Shown here: one piece after another, positions 49,668-62,417 of the stretch | Numbering within the stretch: the first letter of the stretch is position 1 | How the letters are laid out: every line of letters starts with the position of its first letter | Assembly: GCF_018350175.1 (NCBI RefSeq) | Contig: NC_058368.1 | Location: 225,310,001 to 225,374,000, forward strand | Length of the DNA: 64,000 nt | Direction: 5' to 3' | Source of the DNA: Felis catus | Taxonomy: Eukaryota | Made by a program: the position numbers and the translations under genes | Notes under the pieces: generated by a model | The model's input: the letters and a program-made list of their open reading frames with translations, nothing else | The model's database searches: none | What the model was told of the DNA's origin: nothing

Positions 49668-50616
49668 GTGAGATAGGTTCTGGTCTCCATCCTGACAGGA
49701 TAGACAACCTCATCTTCTTGGGCTTGATTTTACTCATCTAGGTGGATGACCCAGAGCCACCTGGTTCAATTAATAAGGTAACCCTCGTCGCCATTTTTTG
49801 AGCAGATACCAGATTCTAACATCCTGAAATTCTAAGAGGTTGTACGTGCACTTCTCAGAAGACTGAAACACCAAATCAAATAGAACTATTTCAGGTGGAG
49901 AATTTAAAGAGATGTATTAAGGTATAAAATCCAGACTCTTATTGGCAGTCTCTGGTTTGTCAACAAAATGTGTTATAAATGTTTGTAATTCAAAATTAAG
50001 AGTGTGGAAGCAACTAGAAGCAAGAGTGTGAATGGAGGTGAGTTCAGCTCAGTAAAAATAAATGTGTGTGTCAATCCCTAGGCCCGACCCCAGGGGTACC
50101 AGCTTTTGTTCCTTGAGAGGCTACGAGTTTGCAGTGGGAAATCTCATAGGTCAAAGCACAAAAGCCTACTCAACTCATATATGGTTCTAGATATCTCTAA
50201 CCATTGTTTCTGACACCTGGTTTGTTACTTAGGAAAAAGCACATTCTTAATTAGGACTTAGGATATCAGAACCACATCTCTCTCCCACACTTACAGCATC
50301 TTCTAGGTACTTCCAGAAAGTTTGCTTAATGGAAACCATTACCCAACATGTTTATTACTGTACAAGATAAAAAGGAGTAACCTTAGAATTATTTTCCAAA
50401 TTATGATCAACAGTGTTAAAGAGGTGTTGCCCAAGGGTCCCATGGCAAAATAAGTTAGGGAAACAGAAAGTTATGGCAGGGGTGTTTGCTGGAGAACTAC
50501 TTAAATGTCTCAGTATGTTATGTCTTTTATATCTTAAAAGGTGAAAAATGATAAGAAATAGTTTCTAAAATTCTTTGACTACAGGACCATTTTGTGCTCA
50601 GTATTCTTCTTAAAGT

Positions 50617-50735
50617 TAGGGTAGCACAACCACCCTGATTTTCCCAGGGTTGGGTGAGGTTCCTAGCATGCGTAATTTTAGGACTAAAACTCAGATGGTT
50701 CTGGGAAAACCAAGACAAGTTGGCCAACTTCCCTA
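50617..50735. mobile_element. MER81-like hAT-Blackjack MITE
   Basis: taggg...cccta termini, about 119 bp, quasi-palindromic. Confidence 0.7.
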
Positions 50736-51102
50736 AAAAGGCCCTAAGCACAGCCTGGAAGCTGTTGCTCAAGATCAATAACGTTGGGGGTTCTTGGAAT
50801 CGAGAAGCAAGAATTATTGTCTCCATGAAGGCAGAGAAAGGCTGCGTTTGCTACTGCAACCCTGCTACCCCATCTTCACTGCCAGTTTCTGTGTGTGGAC
50901 TGGTCTTTCATCAAGTGTCTATAAATTGGAATAGGTTGCGGTGCCTCCACTTACCATGTCTTACAATACTGATGAGTCTACGTGAGAAGGAAATCCGTAT
51001 TTTTCCTCCAGATCAACTGAGTTGTAAAAAATCTTTGATCTACCCAAAGTTCAGAAAGAAGAATGCTAGAGTCAGAAACCAATGTTAAATTAGAAGGATT
51101 CC

Positions 51103-51316
51103 GGGGTGCCTGGGTGGCTCAGTCGGTTGAGTGCCCGACTTCAACTCAGGTCGTGATCTCACGGTTTGTGAGTTCGAGCCCCGCGTCAGGCTTTGTGCTG
51201 ACAGCTCGGAGCCTGGAGCTTGCTTCCGATTCTGTGTCTCCCTCTCTCTCTGCCCCTCCCCCCCGCTCATGCTCTGTCTCTGTCTCTCTCTGTCAAAAAT
51301 AAATAAACATTTAAAA
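51103..51316 (+). mobile_element. Can-SINE
   Basis: TSD aaattagaag(g/a)attc. Confidence 0.96.
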
Positions 51317-52428
51317 AAATTAGAAGAATTCTTTATTTCCCCAGTTAACTTCTATCTATCATAATGATTGAAGAATCTAGAAGACAGGGCCAAAGTAGGT
51401 AATAACTCTGTCTCAACCAGCTCATAACTGACCTCTACACCCCTCTTAGCCTCAGAAAGTGTCCCGCTGTAAACTGGAGAGGGATTCCTTCCCACAGCAG
51501 TCCTTCCCACCCCCCTGTATGTGTCATGTCGTCATGTCTGGCATATCCCACTTGAATCCATTTGCACCAAGGACATCCCTAAATTGCTACTGCCATCCTC
51601 AAATAGGAGCTTTTTAACACAGTGTGTAGATTTCATGAGCCACAGGCCCGCAGTTCTTTCACTTGGGTGCCTGGGTGCCCACGTCTGTGAGTGTATGCGA
51701 GGACACACCATCTTGAGAGGAACTTGGGTTCTGTGCGCTTCGCATTCAGGACCCAGGACAAAGCCACTCAAAAGGTGGGTGTGCAATCAGTGTCTTCTGA
51801 AGTGAGGACAGCTACATGCTTCATTCTTGGGCTTGCAGTAACGGATGACTTCACAGATGTTTACGTGATCTTGTAGCTAGCTCCCAAAAATAGATCCAAA
51901 TGGGGAACCGTAGACAGATTAAAAGGAGCGCTGGATCAGTGTATCCTGTGCTTCCTGTCTTCCAGCCCATACAGAAGTCCTTTAGTGGCTCTGAGGGTCC
52001 TAGGAACGGGGAGGAAACTCTGTGAAAAATCTCCCCAAATGAGTCATTCTATCAGGGGCACTGACCTCCTGCTACTTCGCTTTTTCAAAAGTCTACCTCC
52101 TAAAGTCGCCTTATCTGGTTTCCAAAGCATTCACGTAGAAGATTCCATCCCCCTAGCAGATTCCTGTGCGGGTCTGCAACCAGCCTCGGTCAGAGCAAGG
52201 AGAGGCCTTTGGGCTGTGCTCCTGGGGCTTTCTCCCAAAGAGGGGAGGACTCGGTCTAAGTGACAGACTCAGGGGCAAACGTATCCTAGAGAAAGTACGA
52301 AGCACCATCATTCATGAGGTCATGACACAGAACCTGTTGGAAGCGTTTCACCATCTGCTTGTTTTTATTTCCCTAAGCTGTGAGAAATGAAAAGGTAAGA
52401 CGACAATGGGCACTCATTAGTCGAAATA

Positions 52429-52568
52429 AGTAATATTTTACATATATTGACCGTAGGCTTTTGGCCAGTGATATTTTACGTATATTGACCGTAGGCTTTC
52501 GGCAAGTGATATTTTACGTATATTGACCGTAGGCTTTCGGCAAGTGATATTTTACATATACTGACCGT
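52429..52568. repeat. Minisatellite, 38-bp unit, about 3.7 copies
   Basis: Unit agtgatattttacgtatattgaccgtaggctttcggca; atattttac recurs at 52433, 52471, 52509 and 52547. Confidence 0.95.
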
Positions 52569-54164
52569 TGTCCCATTACCCAAAAGGACATAAATACACA
52601 CAGACTGGGAACAAGCTTCACTTTATTTCCACTTAGATGTGTAACGCAAACCATTCCCATTGCTGTCATTACAGTCATCTGACTCCCAGGAGGTGCTTCT
52701 AAAGCCATCCCTGGGCATCAGGTTTACGAATAAGTCATTAGTCGTAACTCATGTGTCCCAAAAAATATGACAACTTAAAATAGGGTTTGGAAGAACGTTT
52801 ACCTAAAGAATGAAAATGAGGAAAAAGCAGCATCTCACAGATGAGTTTACTAATCTGACGGTTTCTCTTTAATGGCCTCGTTGACTCGATCCCTAATTCA
52901 CTGTAAGATTTTGCTTATTTCCCTTGCTAAAGGGGCAGCATGAAAGAGTGGGTTTTTTTTTCAGCAGAACGCTTTGGGATATATATTCAAAGGTAATACA
53001 CAACACGTACCCACACAGAGTTATTGTAGTCTCCACAATAATACAAAATAGACTTGCGTGGGTATTTCATGTGCTGCTTGTGAAACTGGCTTTTTTGGTT
53101 AGCATTTCAAAAACACATTTCAGTTCATATTTATATTCATATGGTTTTATGATGAGGAAATGAATACTGTCTATGTGGAAAGAGTCTCTACCCTGGCCAA
53201 AATAAATTGTTTTAACGTTCAAAAGAAAAGGGTGACATATTTTTCATTTTTGCCCCCAGGTTCGATGAAAATTAAAAGCAGACTTTACAAGCGGATACTA
53301 TGAATTCATAACGGGGGCAACAGCATTCACAATGAAAAAAACCCCTTGGGAAGCTCTTTGCACTTTCAAACAATGGTTTTGGGTGGAATTCATTTTTCTG
53401 CACATCAAATGTTTAAGAACAGCTGTTTTTTGTTTTGGGGTTTGTTTTTTTTTCCTGAAAGACTCTTGTTCTCCCCAAATTTCCTGGCATTCGTAGTGGC
53501 CTTTGCCCATGCCAATAAGGAAAGGCACCGCTGATTTCTCAATGTATTCATTTACTAAAAATTTCATAAATTTCGTGTTGGTCATTACTGCTACGTGATG
53601 ATACAATGCTAAACCCTCATATCCTGGAGTAAGGAACAATACCCTAAAACACCTCTTTTTATGAGTCTCCAGTAGAGCACTTAACAGGGTTGGGATAATT
53701 TCTCTTTAAGTGAATGAGACACAATTACCTTTTCTGTTAAACTACTTAACCGTCGCCTCGGTAACATGTTTAGACAGGTAAAAGGTGAGGCCCTATGTTC
53801 TAGAATGTCATCCTTCTTTCTTACGGCTGTACGTCTTTCTCTGCATTTAAGCCTATAGGTTAAAAGCCTTGAATAAACCTGTCACAAGATCTTTTCAAGG
53901 CTTTGAATTTCAAGAGTTTGCTTTGGTGGCTCCTTGCTTTGGGCTCTGAAAAATCTAAGCCTTTTTATAACCAGATGTGGTTCTTAAGAGTAACACGCTA
54001 AAAAACGAGAAAACCTGGCCCCAGCCGGGAGGTTTGGAAAGTCATGTTGAGAGGTCAAAGGCTTCAAGTTCAAATTACAAAACAAGATAATTTACACACA
54101 CTTACTGCATTGAAAAGTGTTTCATATAATGCGGCGAATTAAAGAGAAGGAAATTAGAAATGGT

Positions 54165-54724
54165 TGTCCGTTATGGGTTAAGTTTCTGCTGCACAACCAG
54201 TTATCTCAAAATGTGGTGTCGTCACATCTCAATTTTTTTTTAGTTAACTATTGTGTGAGTCAGTAATCTGGATTGGGCTCAGCTGGGCGATCCTCCTGTG
54301 TTCTCTGTTCCAGTCACTGTATCTGTGATCAGTTGCCGGCTGTGTGGTCAGTTGGCGGGCCCTCTGGCAGCTGGCTCATGCCTCTTGGCCTCACTCATGT
54401 ATCTCACAGTGGGCTAGGTGTGGACTGAGGCACTCGGGTTGTTTTCCAGATGGCATCTCACCTTGCTGGTGGCTAACCCAGTCTGGCAGAGAGAGAGAGC
54501 GTGTGTGCACACAAAAGCTGTAAGGCCTCCTGGGGCTTAGGCTCAGAACTGACACAGATCATTTCCCCTGCCTACTATCGATCAATGAAAGTCCCAAATC
54601 CAGCCCAGATTCAAGGAATGGAGGAAAAAACTCCGTATCTTAATAGAAGGATCTTCACTGTCACATTGCGAGGGCACAGATGTAGAGAGGGACAGAATGT
54701 GTGGCCATTTTTATCATCTATCAC
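54165..54724 (-). mobile_element. MLT1H-like MaLR solo LTR
   Basis: tgggctcagctggg, aggcctcctggggcttaggctcagaactg, ccagcccagattcaagg. Confidence 0.7.
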
Positions 54725-54859
54725 AGTATCAGATTGCTTGTTTGAGCCTAAGAAGAAGCAGCAGGACTTAGAATGTTGAGGGGGCTATGGTTGGAACCAT
54801 TAAACTGCACTTGACTTTAGGCAAGATAGGGAACCCATTTTTGCTTTCATTTCTCTTTC

Positions 54860-56287
54860 TTTTTTTTCTTTTTTAAATTTACATCCAAGTTAGTTGGCAT
54901 ATAGTGCAACAATGATTTCAGGAGTAGATTCCTTAATGCCTCAGATCCATTTAGCCCATCCCCCCTCTCACAACCCCTCCAGTAACTCTCTGTTTGTTCT
55001 CCATATTTAACAGTCTCTTCTATTTTGTCCCCCTCCCTGGTTTTATATTGTTTTTGCTTTCCTTCCCTTGTGTTAATCTGTTTTGTCTCTTAAAGTCCTC
55101 ATAGGAGTGAAGTCATATGATATTTGTCTTTCTCTGACTGACTAATTTCACTTAGCATAATACCCTCTAGTTCCATCCACGTAGTTGCAAATGGCAAGAT
55201 TTCATTCTTTCTGATTGCCAAGTAATACTCCATTGAATATATATACCACATCTTCTTTATCCATTCATCCATCGATGGACATTTGGGCTCTTTCCATACT
55301 TTGGCTATTGTCGATAGTGCTGCTATAAACATGGGGGTGCATGTGCCCCTTCGAAACAGCACACCTGTATCCCTTGGATAAATATCTAGTAGTGCAATTG
55401 CTGGGTCGTAGGGTAGTTCTATTTTTAGTTTTCTGAGGAATCTCCATACTATTTTCCAGAGTGGCTGCACCAGCTTTCATTCCCACCAACAATGCAAAAG
55501 AGATCCTCTTTCTCCACATCCTCACCAACATCTGTTGTTGCCTGAGTTGCTAATGGTAGCCATTCTGACAGGTGTGAGGTGGTATCCCATTGTGGTTTTG
55601 ATTTGTTGGGTGATGTTGAGGTTTTTTTCATGTGTCATTTGGCCATCTGGATGTCTTCTTTGGAGAAGTGTGTATTCACGTCTTTTGCCCATTTCTTCAC
55701 TGGATTATTTGGTTTTTTGGGTGTTGAGTTTGATAAGTGCTTTATAGATTTTGAATACTAGCCCTTTATCTGTTGTGTCATTTGCAAATATCTTCTCCCA
55801 TTTCATCAGTTGCCTTTTAGTTTTGCTGATTGTTTCCTTCGCTGTGCAGAAGCTTTTTATTTTGATGAGGTCCCAGTAGTTCATTTTTGCTTTTGTTTCC
55901 CTTGCCTCCGGAGATATGTTGTGTAAGAAGTTGCTGTGGGCAAGATCAGAGAGGTTTTTGCCTGCTTTCTCCTCGAGGATTTTGATGGCTTCTTGTCTTA
56001 CCTTGAGGTCTTTCATCCATTTTGAGTTTCTTTTTGTGTCTGGTGTAAGAAAGCAGTCCAGGTTCATTCTTCTGCATGTCGCTGTCCAGCTTTCCCAGCA
56101 CCACTTGCTGAAGAGACAGTCATTATTCCATTGGATATTCTTTCCTGCTTTGCCAAAGATGGGTCGGCCATACGTTTGTGGGTCCATTTCTGGGTTCTTT
56201 ATTCTGTTGCATTGATCTGAGTGTCTGCTCCTGTGCCAGTACCATACTGTTTTGATGATGACTGCTTTGTCATACAGCTTGAAGTCC
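54860..56287 (-). mobile_element. 5'-truncated felid/carnivore L1 with disrupted ORF2 remnant
   Basis: ORF2p peptides ([60 protein letters not shown]); 3' UTR like the L1s at 8 kb and 26 kb. Confidence 0.97.
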
Positions 56288-56571
56288 ATACATTTCTTTA
56301 AGTAGAAGCAGTCCTGCTGGTAGCTTTCATTCATGGCTCCTGCACAAACAAACTTCTAAAGGATCCAACTCTACACAACTGAGCAGGCAGAGCCTTTGTG
56401 TGTGGAAAGTGGTGCCCCAACTTTGTTTGAACACAGCAAAGCCTTTTCCTGGATGGAGGAGTGAAAGAATGAGGAGCTTGGGGTGACTCCAAGGCTTTAG
56501 CCTGGGTCCCTGGAAGGCTGACATTGTCATTGACTGAGATGGGAAGAATTGTGGGTAAATCAGCATTTTGG

Positions 56572-56795
56572 TTTTTTTTTTTAGTTTATTTATTTATTTT
56601 GAGAAAGAGAAAGAGAGAGAGAAAGAGCATAAGCAGGGTAAAGGGAGAGAGACAGGGGATGGAGAGAATCCCAAGTAGGCTCTACACTGTCAGCACAGAG
56701 CCTGGAGGCAGGGCCTGAATTTATGAACCATTAATTCATGACCTGAGCTGAAACCAAGAGTTGGATGGTTAACCGACTGAGCCACCCAGGTGCCC
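56572..56795 (-). mobile_element. Can-SINE
   Basis: Reverse-complement head and T-tail. Confidence 0.92.
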
Positions 56796-56799
56796 AGTA

Positions 56800-57560
56800 A
56801 AGCAGGTTTGAGGCGAATCTAGAAAGTCAGTTTTAAACTCCTTACATTCGAAATCTCAATTAAACACTCATGTGGAAATGCCAAGTAGGCAATTGAACAC
56901 ATGGGTCTGGAGTTGGGGACAGCAGTACAGGCTGAAGGTTTAAATCTGGGAACCATCAACTTTTAGAAGGTACTAAATCATGAGGCTAGATGATGCCACA
57001 AGAGAGTGCTACGGGTAGAGATGATAGCATTCAAGGACGCAACTCTGAGTGCCTCCAATCTAACAAGTCAGGGAGAAAAGAGGAAACCAGCAATGAAGGC
57101 TGGGTAGGGAGGAAAGTGAGAAGAAAGTCAACATCCTGGAAACCAAAGAAGAAAGCCACAGAAAAGGAGAGGCCCCTGTATAAAATGCCACTGACAGGTG
57201 AGCCACATGAGAACTGAGTATTCATTGGGGGTCTAGGAGTGCAGAGGTGCTTGGAGAAGTCTTGGCGGACAACATGGAGTCTTGGTGGAGCGAGGACTTG
57301 ACTAGCAAATTTTCTAGAATGGAGGGAGGAGAGAGATTGGAGATAGCAAGAGCGGACAGCCATCACAAGGACTTTTGCTGGAAAAGAAAATGGAAATGGG
57401 GTGACAGTTTGTAGGGTGCGTGGAGTCTAAATATGATGTAGAAATCAGCTGATGGAAAACTTGACGAGTAGAAGACAAAAGAAAGCACCCCTGAAGCATA
57501 TCCATGACCGCTGAGAGAAGGTGGGTTCTTGTGCCCAAGGGGAGGGGCTGGCATTTGATA
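56800..57560 (-). mobile_element. Ancient L2 remnant
   Basis: ggaaatgccaagtaggcaattg, gggtctggagtt, ggaaaccaaa. Confidence 0.6.
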
Positions 57561-57568
57561 GGGACACA

Positions 57569-57593
57569 ATCGACTGAGCCACCCAGGCGCCCC
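57569..57593 (-). mobile_element. Can-SINE head-only fragment
   Basis: cgactgagccacccaggcgcccc. Confidence 0.8.
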
Positions 57594-57594
57594 A

Positions 57595-57830
57595 GAACTT
57601 CATTCCTTTTTACGATTGAAGGATATCTCACTGAATGAATATGCCACACTCTGTTTCCATTCATTCCGTTCATTCATGGGCAAAGCTATTTCCACTTTTT
57701 GGCTACTCTAAATAGCACGGCTGTGAACATTCGTGTACAAGCATTTGTTTGAGTGCCTGTTTTCAATGGTTTGGAGTACATGCTCGAGAGAAGGCTTGCT
57801 AGGTCACGTGCCTGCAGTTCTGACAGCGCA
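57595..57830 (-). mobile_element. Old L1M fragment
   Basis: ttcattccttttta, ttccactttttggcta, ctgtgaacattcgtgtacaag. Confidence 0.7.
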
Positions 57831-58199
57831 AAACAAGACTTTAGAGAATTCGATTTTCTGCTACTTCCCTCGACGACCATCTCCTAAAGTCAAGGACCAG
57901 GTTTCACGGCTCTTTGAGTGCTTGGCTTTCAGGAGCAGGAGAACAGAAGGTACCAACTATTAGTGTTGCTCTCTCCTCAGTGTTTTTTTTCAGTCACTTA
58001 AAACATGGAAAAACCCCTAGGCGGCACAAAACAAAGGAGCACCAGCTCAGCTCTCAGGCGGCGAGAGACCGGCCTCTTACCTACGCCGTCCAGCACTGCC
58101 CTGTCCTGTCCTTGCGAGTGTTACAACGTTAGAACAAACTTCGGTTTCATCTCCATGAAAGGGATCAACATGTACATGTTTATAGAAAATATACCCGCG

Positions 58200-58434
58200 G
58201 GGGGGTCTGGGAGTCTCAGTCGGTTAAGCATCCGACTTCGGTTCAGGTCATGATCTCGCAGTTTGTGAGTTCGAGCCCCGCGTCGGACTCTGTGCTGACA
58301 GCTCAGACCTCGGAGCCTGCTTCGGATTCTGTGTCTCCCTCTCTCTCTCCCCCCCACCCTGACCCCCCACTCATACTCTGTATATCGCTCTCTCAAAAGT
58401 AAATAAACATTTTTGAAAAAAAAATTTTACAAGA
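58200..58434 (+). mobile_element. Can-SINE
   Basis: Body motifs; TSD-like agaaaata(t/a)acc. Confidence 0.93.
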
Positions 58435-60251
58435 AAGAAAATAAACCTGGAAATGCTTCCCAGGAATGCTGGCATCTGGATCATAAAGGGTAAATGCATA
58501 TGACACTAGATGATCACAGAAGCTGTTAGGACATCCCTTGACTCGAAGGCCTAGAAATAGAAATAATAGGAGAGGAAACACATACATGCAACTCAGAGAG
58601 TTTCACGAATGAAGGGAAGAAACCAGCGACCCCGAGTGGAGATGGAGGGCTGAGTCCCAGGGGGACAGAACAGAGGGAGGAAGAAGTCTGTTAGACATGA
58701 AAATCCGGGGGCAGTTTCGACAAGCAGGCCAGGCCTACAGGGGAGCCAGAGGAACAGCGGCCAGGACAAAATGGCTCCAGGAGAGACAGACTTGCTGAAC
58801 ATCCCAGACACCGGGGAGCGGATACCAGACGGTTGAGCTGAAAATAAGAGAACGGTATGACTTTTTTCTCTAGCTTTTACAGTCTTGGCCCTGAGCGAGA
58901 TCCAGAAGAATAACACACCCATTGGCCCGAAAGAGATTTCAGAAAGGAGCGTCTTAATAACATACTTTTGTTTTTGTTTTCTGCGAACCTCCTGATGCCA
59001 ACTCCCAGCCTCTCCTGGCAGTTCCCTGAAACAACAGTCTGGTCGCCAAGACTTTCGAGAACTTGCTGTGGACGTGAAATCCCTCCTCTTTAATTTAAGG
59101 CCACGCCCGCTCATTTGGTCCTCCACAAAACTGCTTGAAAACTGACGCACATTCCCCACATGAAGATCTTTCATTTGTCTGAAGATGGTCATCAAGCCCC
59201 CTTCTGCCTGCTGTCCTCTGGACCACACAGCCCCAAGCCCTGTGACCCTTTCCCATGGAACTAATTGTCATCCTTGACATTTTTGTGACTTTAGTTTCTT
59301 CACATCATTTTTTTTTAACGGCGCAAACAAACAAATACGCCCCACCACCGCCACCAAATGTGTTTTTTAGACAAGTGTGGACTACAGAGGAAGACTTAAA
59401 GGAAGAATACGCAAGGGAGAAGGATTCCCTAAACCATTCCTATTTTATTTCTGGCATCTCAGTGTCATGCTGGCTTTTTCCCACAAGACGACTCCACTTC
59501 TGAAAAATATTCATTTAGTTAAACTGAGTCCACTCCATCCAGGTCATTTTGCCACTAACCTTGTAATCATCCCAATAAGAGCAACCAAAATGGCGGCATC
59601 TAACCTTGTTGCCTTGTGCTAAGGCTCACAGCAGCCCTAAGTGGTAGGTCTGTCATTATCCATGCTTGACAGCAAAGGACACGGACTGGGAGAGGTTCAG
59701 GAACTTGCCTGAGATGACCCCATTCATGCGTGGTGAAGTCTGCACTGTAATACAGCGGCTGGATCCCTGGGGTTCCCATCTTGAGATATATCCAATGCTG
59801 TTTTCCCTTCTTAGTATCTCTCTGTGGATCGTAATTGACACTAGGCTTTTTCATACCTATTTACTCAATTCATATTCTTTAGTAAATTGTTCCTCCGGCA
59901 ACTCTTTTCCGATTCATCAAGGTCATTTTCAAGTTTACACTTGCTGGCAATTCCCTCTAACTCAGTAACAGCTGAGTGTGTTTGCATTATCTTCTTTCCT
60001 AATATGGAAGCTTAAAAGTTGAACTGTTAGATTATAGGTAGTAAAAGCCATGAGAGCCAACATCGTGTTTCAGGCACTGTTGTAGGCAGGTCACATACCT
60101 TCACCGAAGACCTAAAAGGTGGACGCCATTGTTCCTTCCAGTGTTACAAACTGAGGCACAGAAAGGCTACGTGACTTGCCCATGGTCACTCAGCTAAAAG
60201 TTTGCCTACATCTTTACAAGTAGCCTTAGATTAAAAAAAAAATACCCTACA

Positions 60252-60462
60252 GGGGCGCCTGGGTGGCTCAGTCGATTGAGCATCTGACTTCGGCTCAGGT
60301 CATGATTTCATGGTTCATGAGTTCGAGCCCCGTGCCTCTGTGCTGACAGCTCAGAGCCTGGAACTTTCTTTGAATTCTATGTCTCCCTCTCTCTCTTTCT
60401 GCCCCTGCCCCCCCCCCCCTTGTGCTCTTACTCTCTCTCAAAACTAAATAAAGAAGCATTTA
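60252..60462 (+). mobile_element. Can-SINE
   Basis: Head, body, tail. Confidence 0.93.
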
Positions 60463-61078
60463 AAAATATACTCTCCATATATCTTGCTGCCAATTCACTT
60501 TTTCTAACCAGGAATTTTAGGGCAAAAAAAAAAAATGGATCTTTACTAGATGGTTTTTATCCATCTTTCTAATGGTAATTTAGGTTTCTAGCTTTTTGCT
60601 GTTAGAAAAACAAGTTTCTCTAAAACCATTGTTTATTTTTCATTGCGAGAAAGTGATGAGGGCTATGTACAATATGGTGCCATTTGTATATCTTAACCTA
60701 TGTCGAACAATGTTTCACATTGTTTCAGGGGACATGTACCTGTGGTAAAGGAGGAAAACCAGCCAGTGCATCCCACAGGAAGCTTCAAGCACGTTTGTTA
60801 TTTTTTCCTTAGGCTTGGTGATGGTAATATGCAGCCAATTTTTGCATTATTCTCCATCTCTTTTTGAATGTTTGAAATTTTCGTAAGCTTTAAAAAAGAA
60901 GAAAAGAAGGAAATTAAGTATGAATAAGTTTAATACTTCATATACCTATAATAGGAAAGCTTGCTGATCAGGATGTCTGATTTCTCGACCTTGTGCAACA
61001 GACCAGCAGTTGAAATTGAGCAAGCTGCTTGATCCGGGCCTCTTTCCTCAGCTACAGAAGCAAAGCATTTCGCTAGAA

Positions 61079-61272
61079 CAGGAATTGACAAACGATGGCC
61101 ACCTGTTTTTGTAAATAAAGCTTTATTGGAATATACCCACACCCATTTGTTTATATACAGTCTGTGGCTGCTTTGGTTCTACAATGGCAGAGTTGAACAG
61201 GTACAACAAAGACAGGATGGCCTGCAAAGTTAAAATATTCCCCGTCCGAGGCCTTACATTCGTAGACCTTTG
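61079..61272. mobile_element. MER58A-like MITE
   Basis: cctgtttttgtaaataaagctttattggaa, ggctgcttt, atggcagagttga. Confidence 0.8.
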
Positions 61273-61699
61273 CGGTAGAAAGTCAGCTTCCTTCCACACT
61301 AATATTTGAGCATCCCAGACTCTTACACCAATGGTGGATTGTGGACACCAGTCTTAGGCACAGCAAATCACTTTAAATAAGGATGGAAATACAGAGAAGA
61401 TCGAAGAAACTTTAGGACCTTGAAGTCATACAGCAAAACGACCCACTACTGTTCTGGGAGCATACAGGCACAGACATCTTACCCTAAATGGGATGCAAGG
61501 TAAGTCCATAGGTTCCAAGCACAGATTGTAAGGGCTCTGACGTAGCATGAGTGATGAGATTATAATACAGTCCATAAATGGTTATGCTTTGTGGGTTTTA
61601 CAGGGATGTTCTAGCATATCGGTACTTAATCTTTTCATAAAATTTCTCATGTGAATTGAAGACTCACTCCTCTATTCAAAGCAATTCAGCCACTAACAG

Positions 61700-61940
61700 A
61701 GCAATACAAAATGGTGGTCAAGATCAAGAATTCAAGAGTCAGATAGCAAGGACTAGAATTCTGGTATATGCCCTTTCTTTTACACCTTGGCAATTTATGT
61801 AATCTCACTAAACCTCCGTGTCGTCATCTGTGAAATGGGACCATGCTAGTATGTAGCTCATTGGGTTGCTGTGGGAGCTAAAATGATATAATTCATGGTA
61901 CAGTATTTAGCATAATGCTGTATAACTGCTAGCCATTGTT
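61700..61940 (+). mobile_element. MIR SINE
   Basis: tcatctgtgaaatggg, gggttgctgtg core. Confidence 0.65.
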
Positions 61941-62417
61941 AACTGGATATGCTTAGGACACAATACAAATTCTGCAATGGGTTTTAAGGCATAGCTTCTA
62001 GTATCTGCCTTCAGGACTAATGAAAGACATGGGGGAAAGTGGAAGGCAGTTTCAACACATCTGTAGCAGGTGGAACATATGAAGCAAGGTCTCCTTGAGG
62101 TGGCCATATGGCAATAGCAACCAAGAGGCACAAAAGAAAACCATCTCGGTGCCACTCCATAAGGAAGCCCACCATTAGACTGTCCCTGACTGTTCCATCA
62201 AGAGAAACACAAGGACGTCTTCCTGCCTTCGCAAGTTTAACGCAAAGTCGTGACATTGACATATAGCCAATTAGTGAGTCGTTGGGATGAAAACAAGCAT
62301 CAGCAGATGACATCACACAAAGTGTCTATTTTGGGTAAGTTACTTACCTGCCATAGACCTTCATTTCCTCACCGGATATCACTCTCCACCAAACATATCA
62401 TACAAGCCGCATACGTA

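Noticed and set aside
52429..52568. CRISPR-like array
   Set aside because: Units are contiguous with no unique spacers, there are no cas genes, and the DNA is mammalian.
54860..56287. L1s at 8 kb and 55 kb as a segmental duplication (similar length and orientation)
   Set aside because: Different flanks, truncation points and private indels indicate independent insertions.
58593..59228. 211-aa minus-strand ORF
   Set aside because: Non-ATG start, no recognisable domain, and no supporting splice or promoter structure.
62341..62350. U1 snRNA pseudogene (TACTTACCTG)
   Set aside because: The match stops after 10 nt and the following sequence is not U1.
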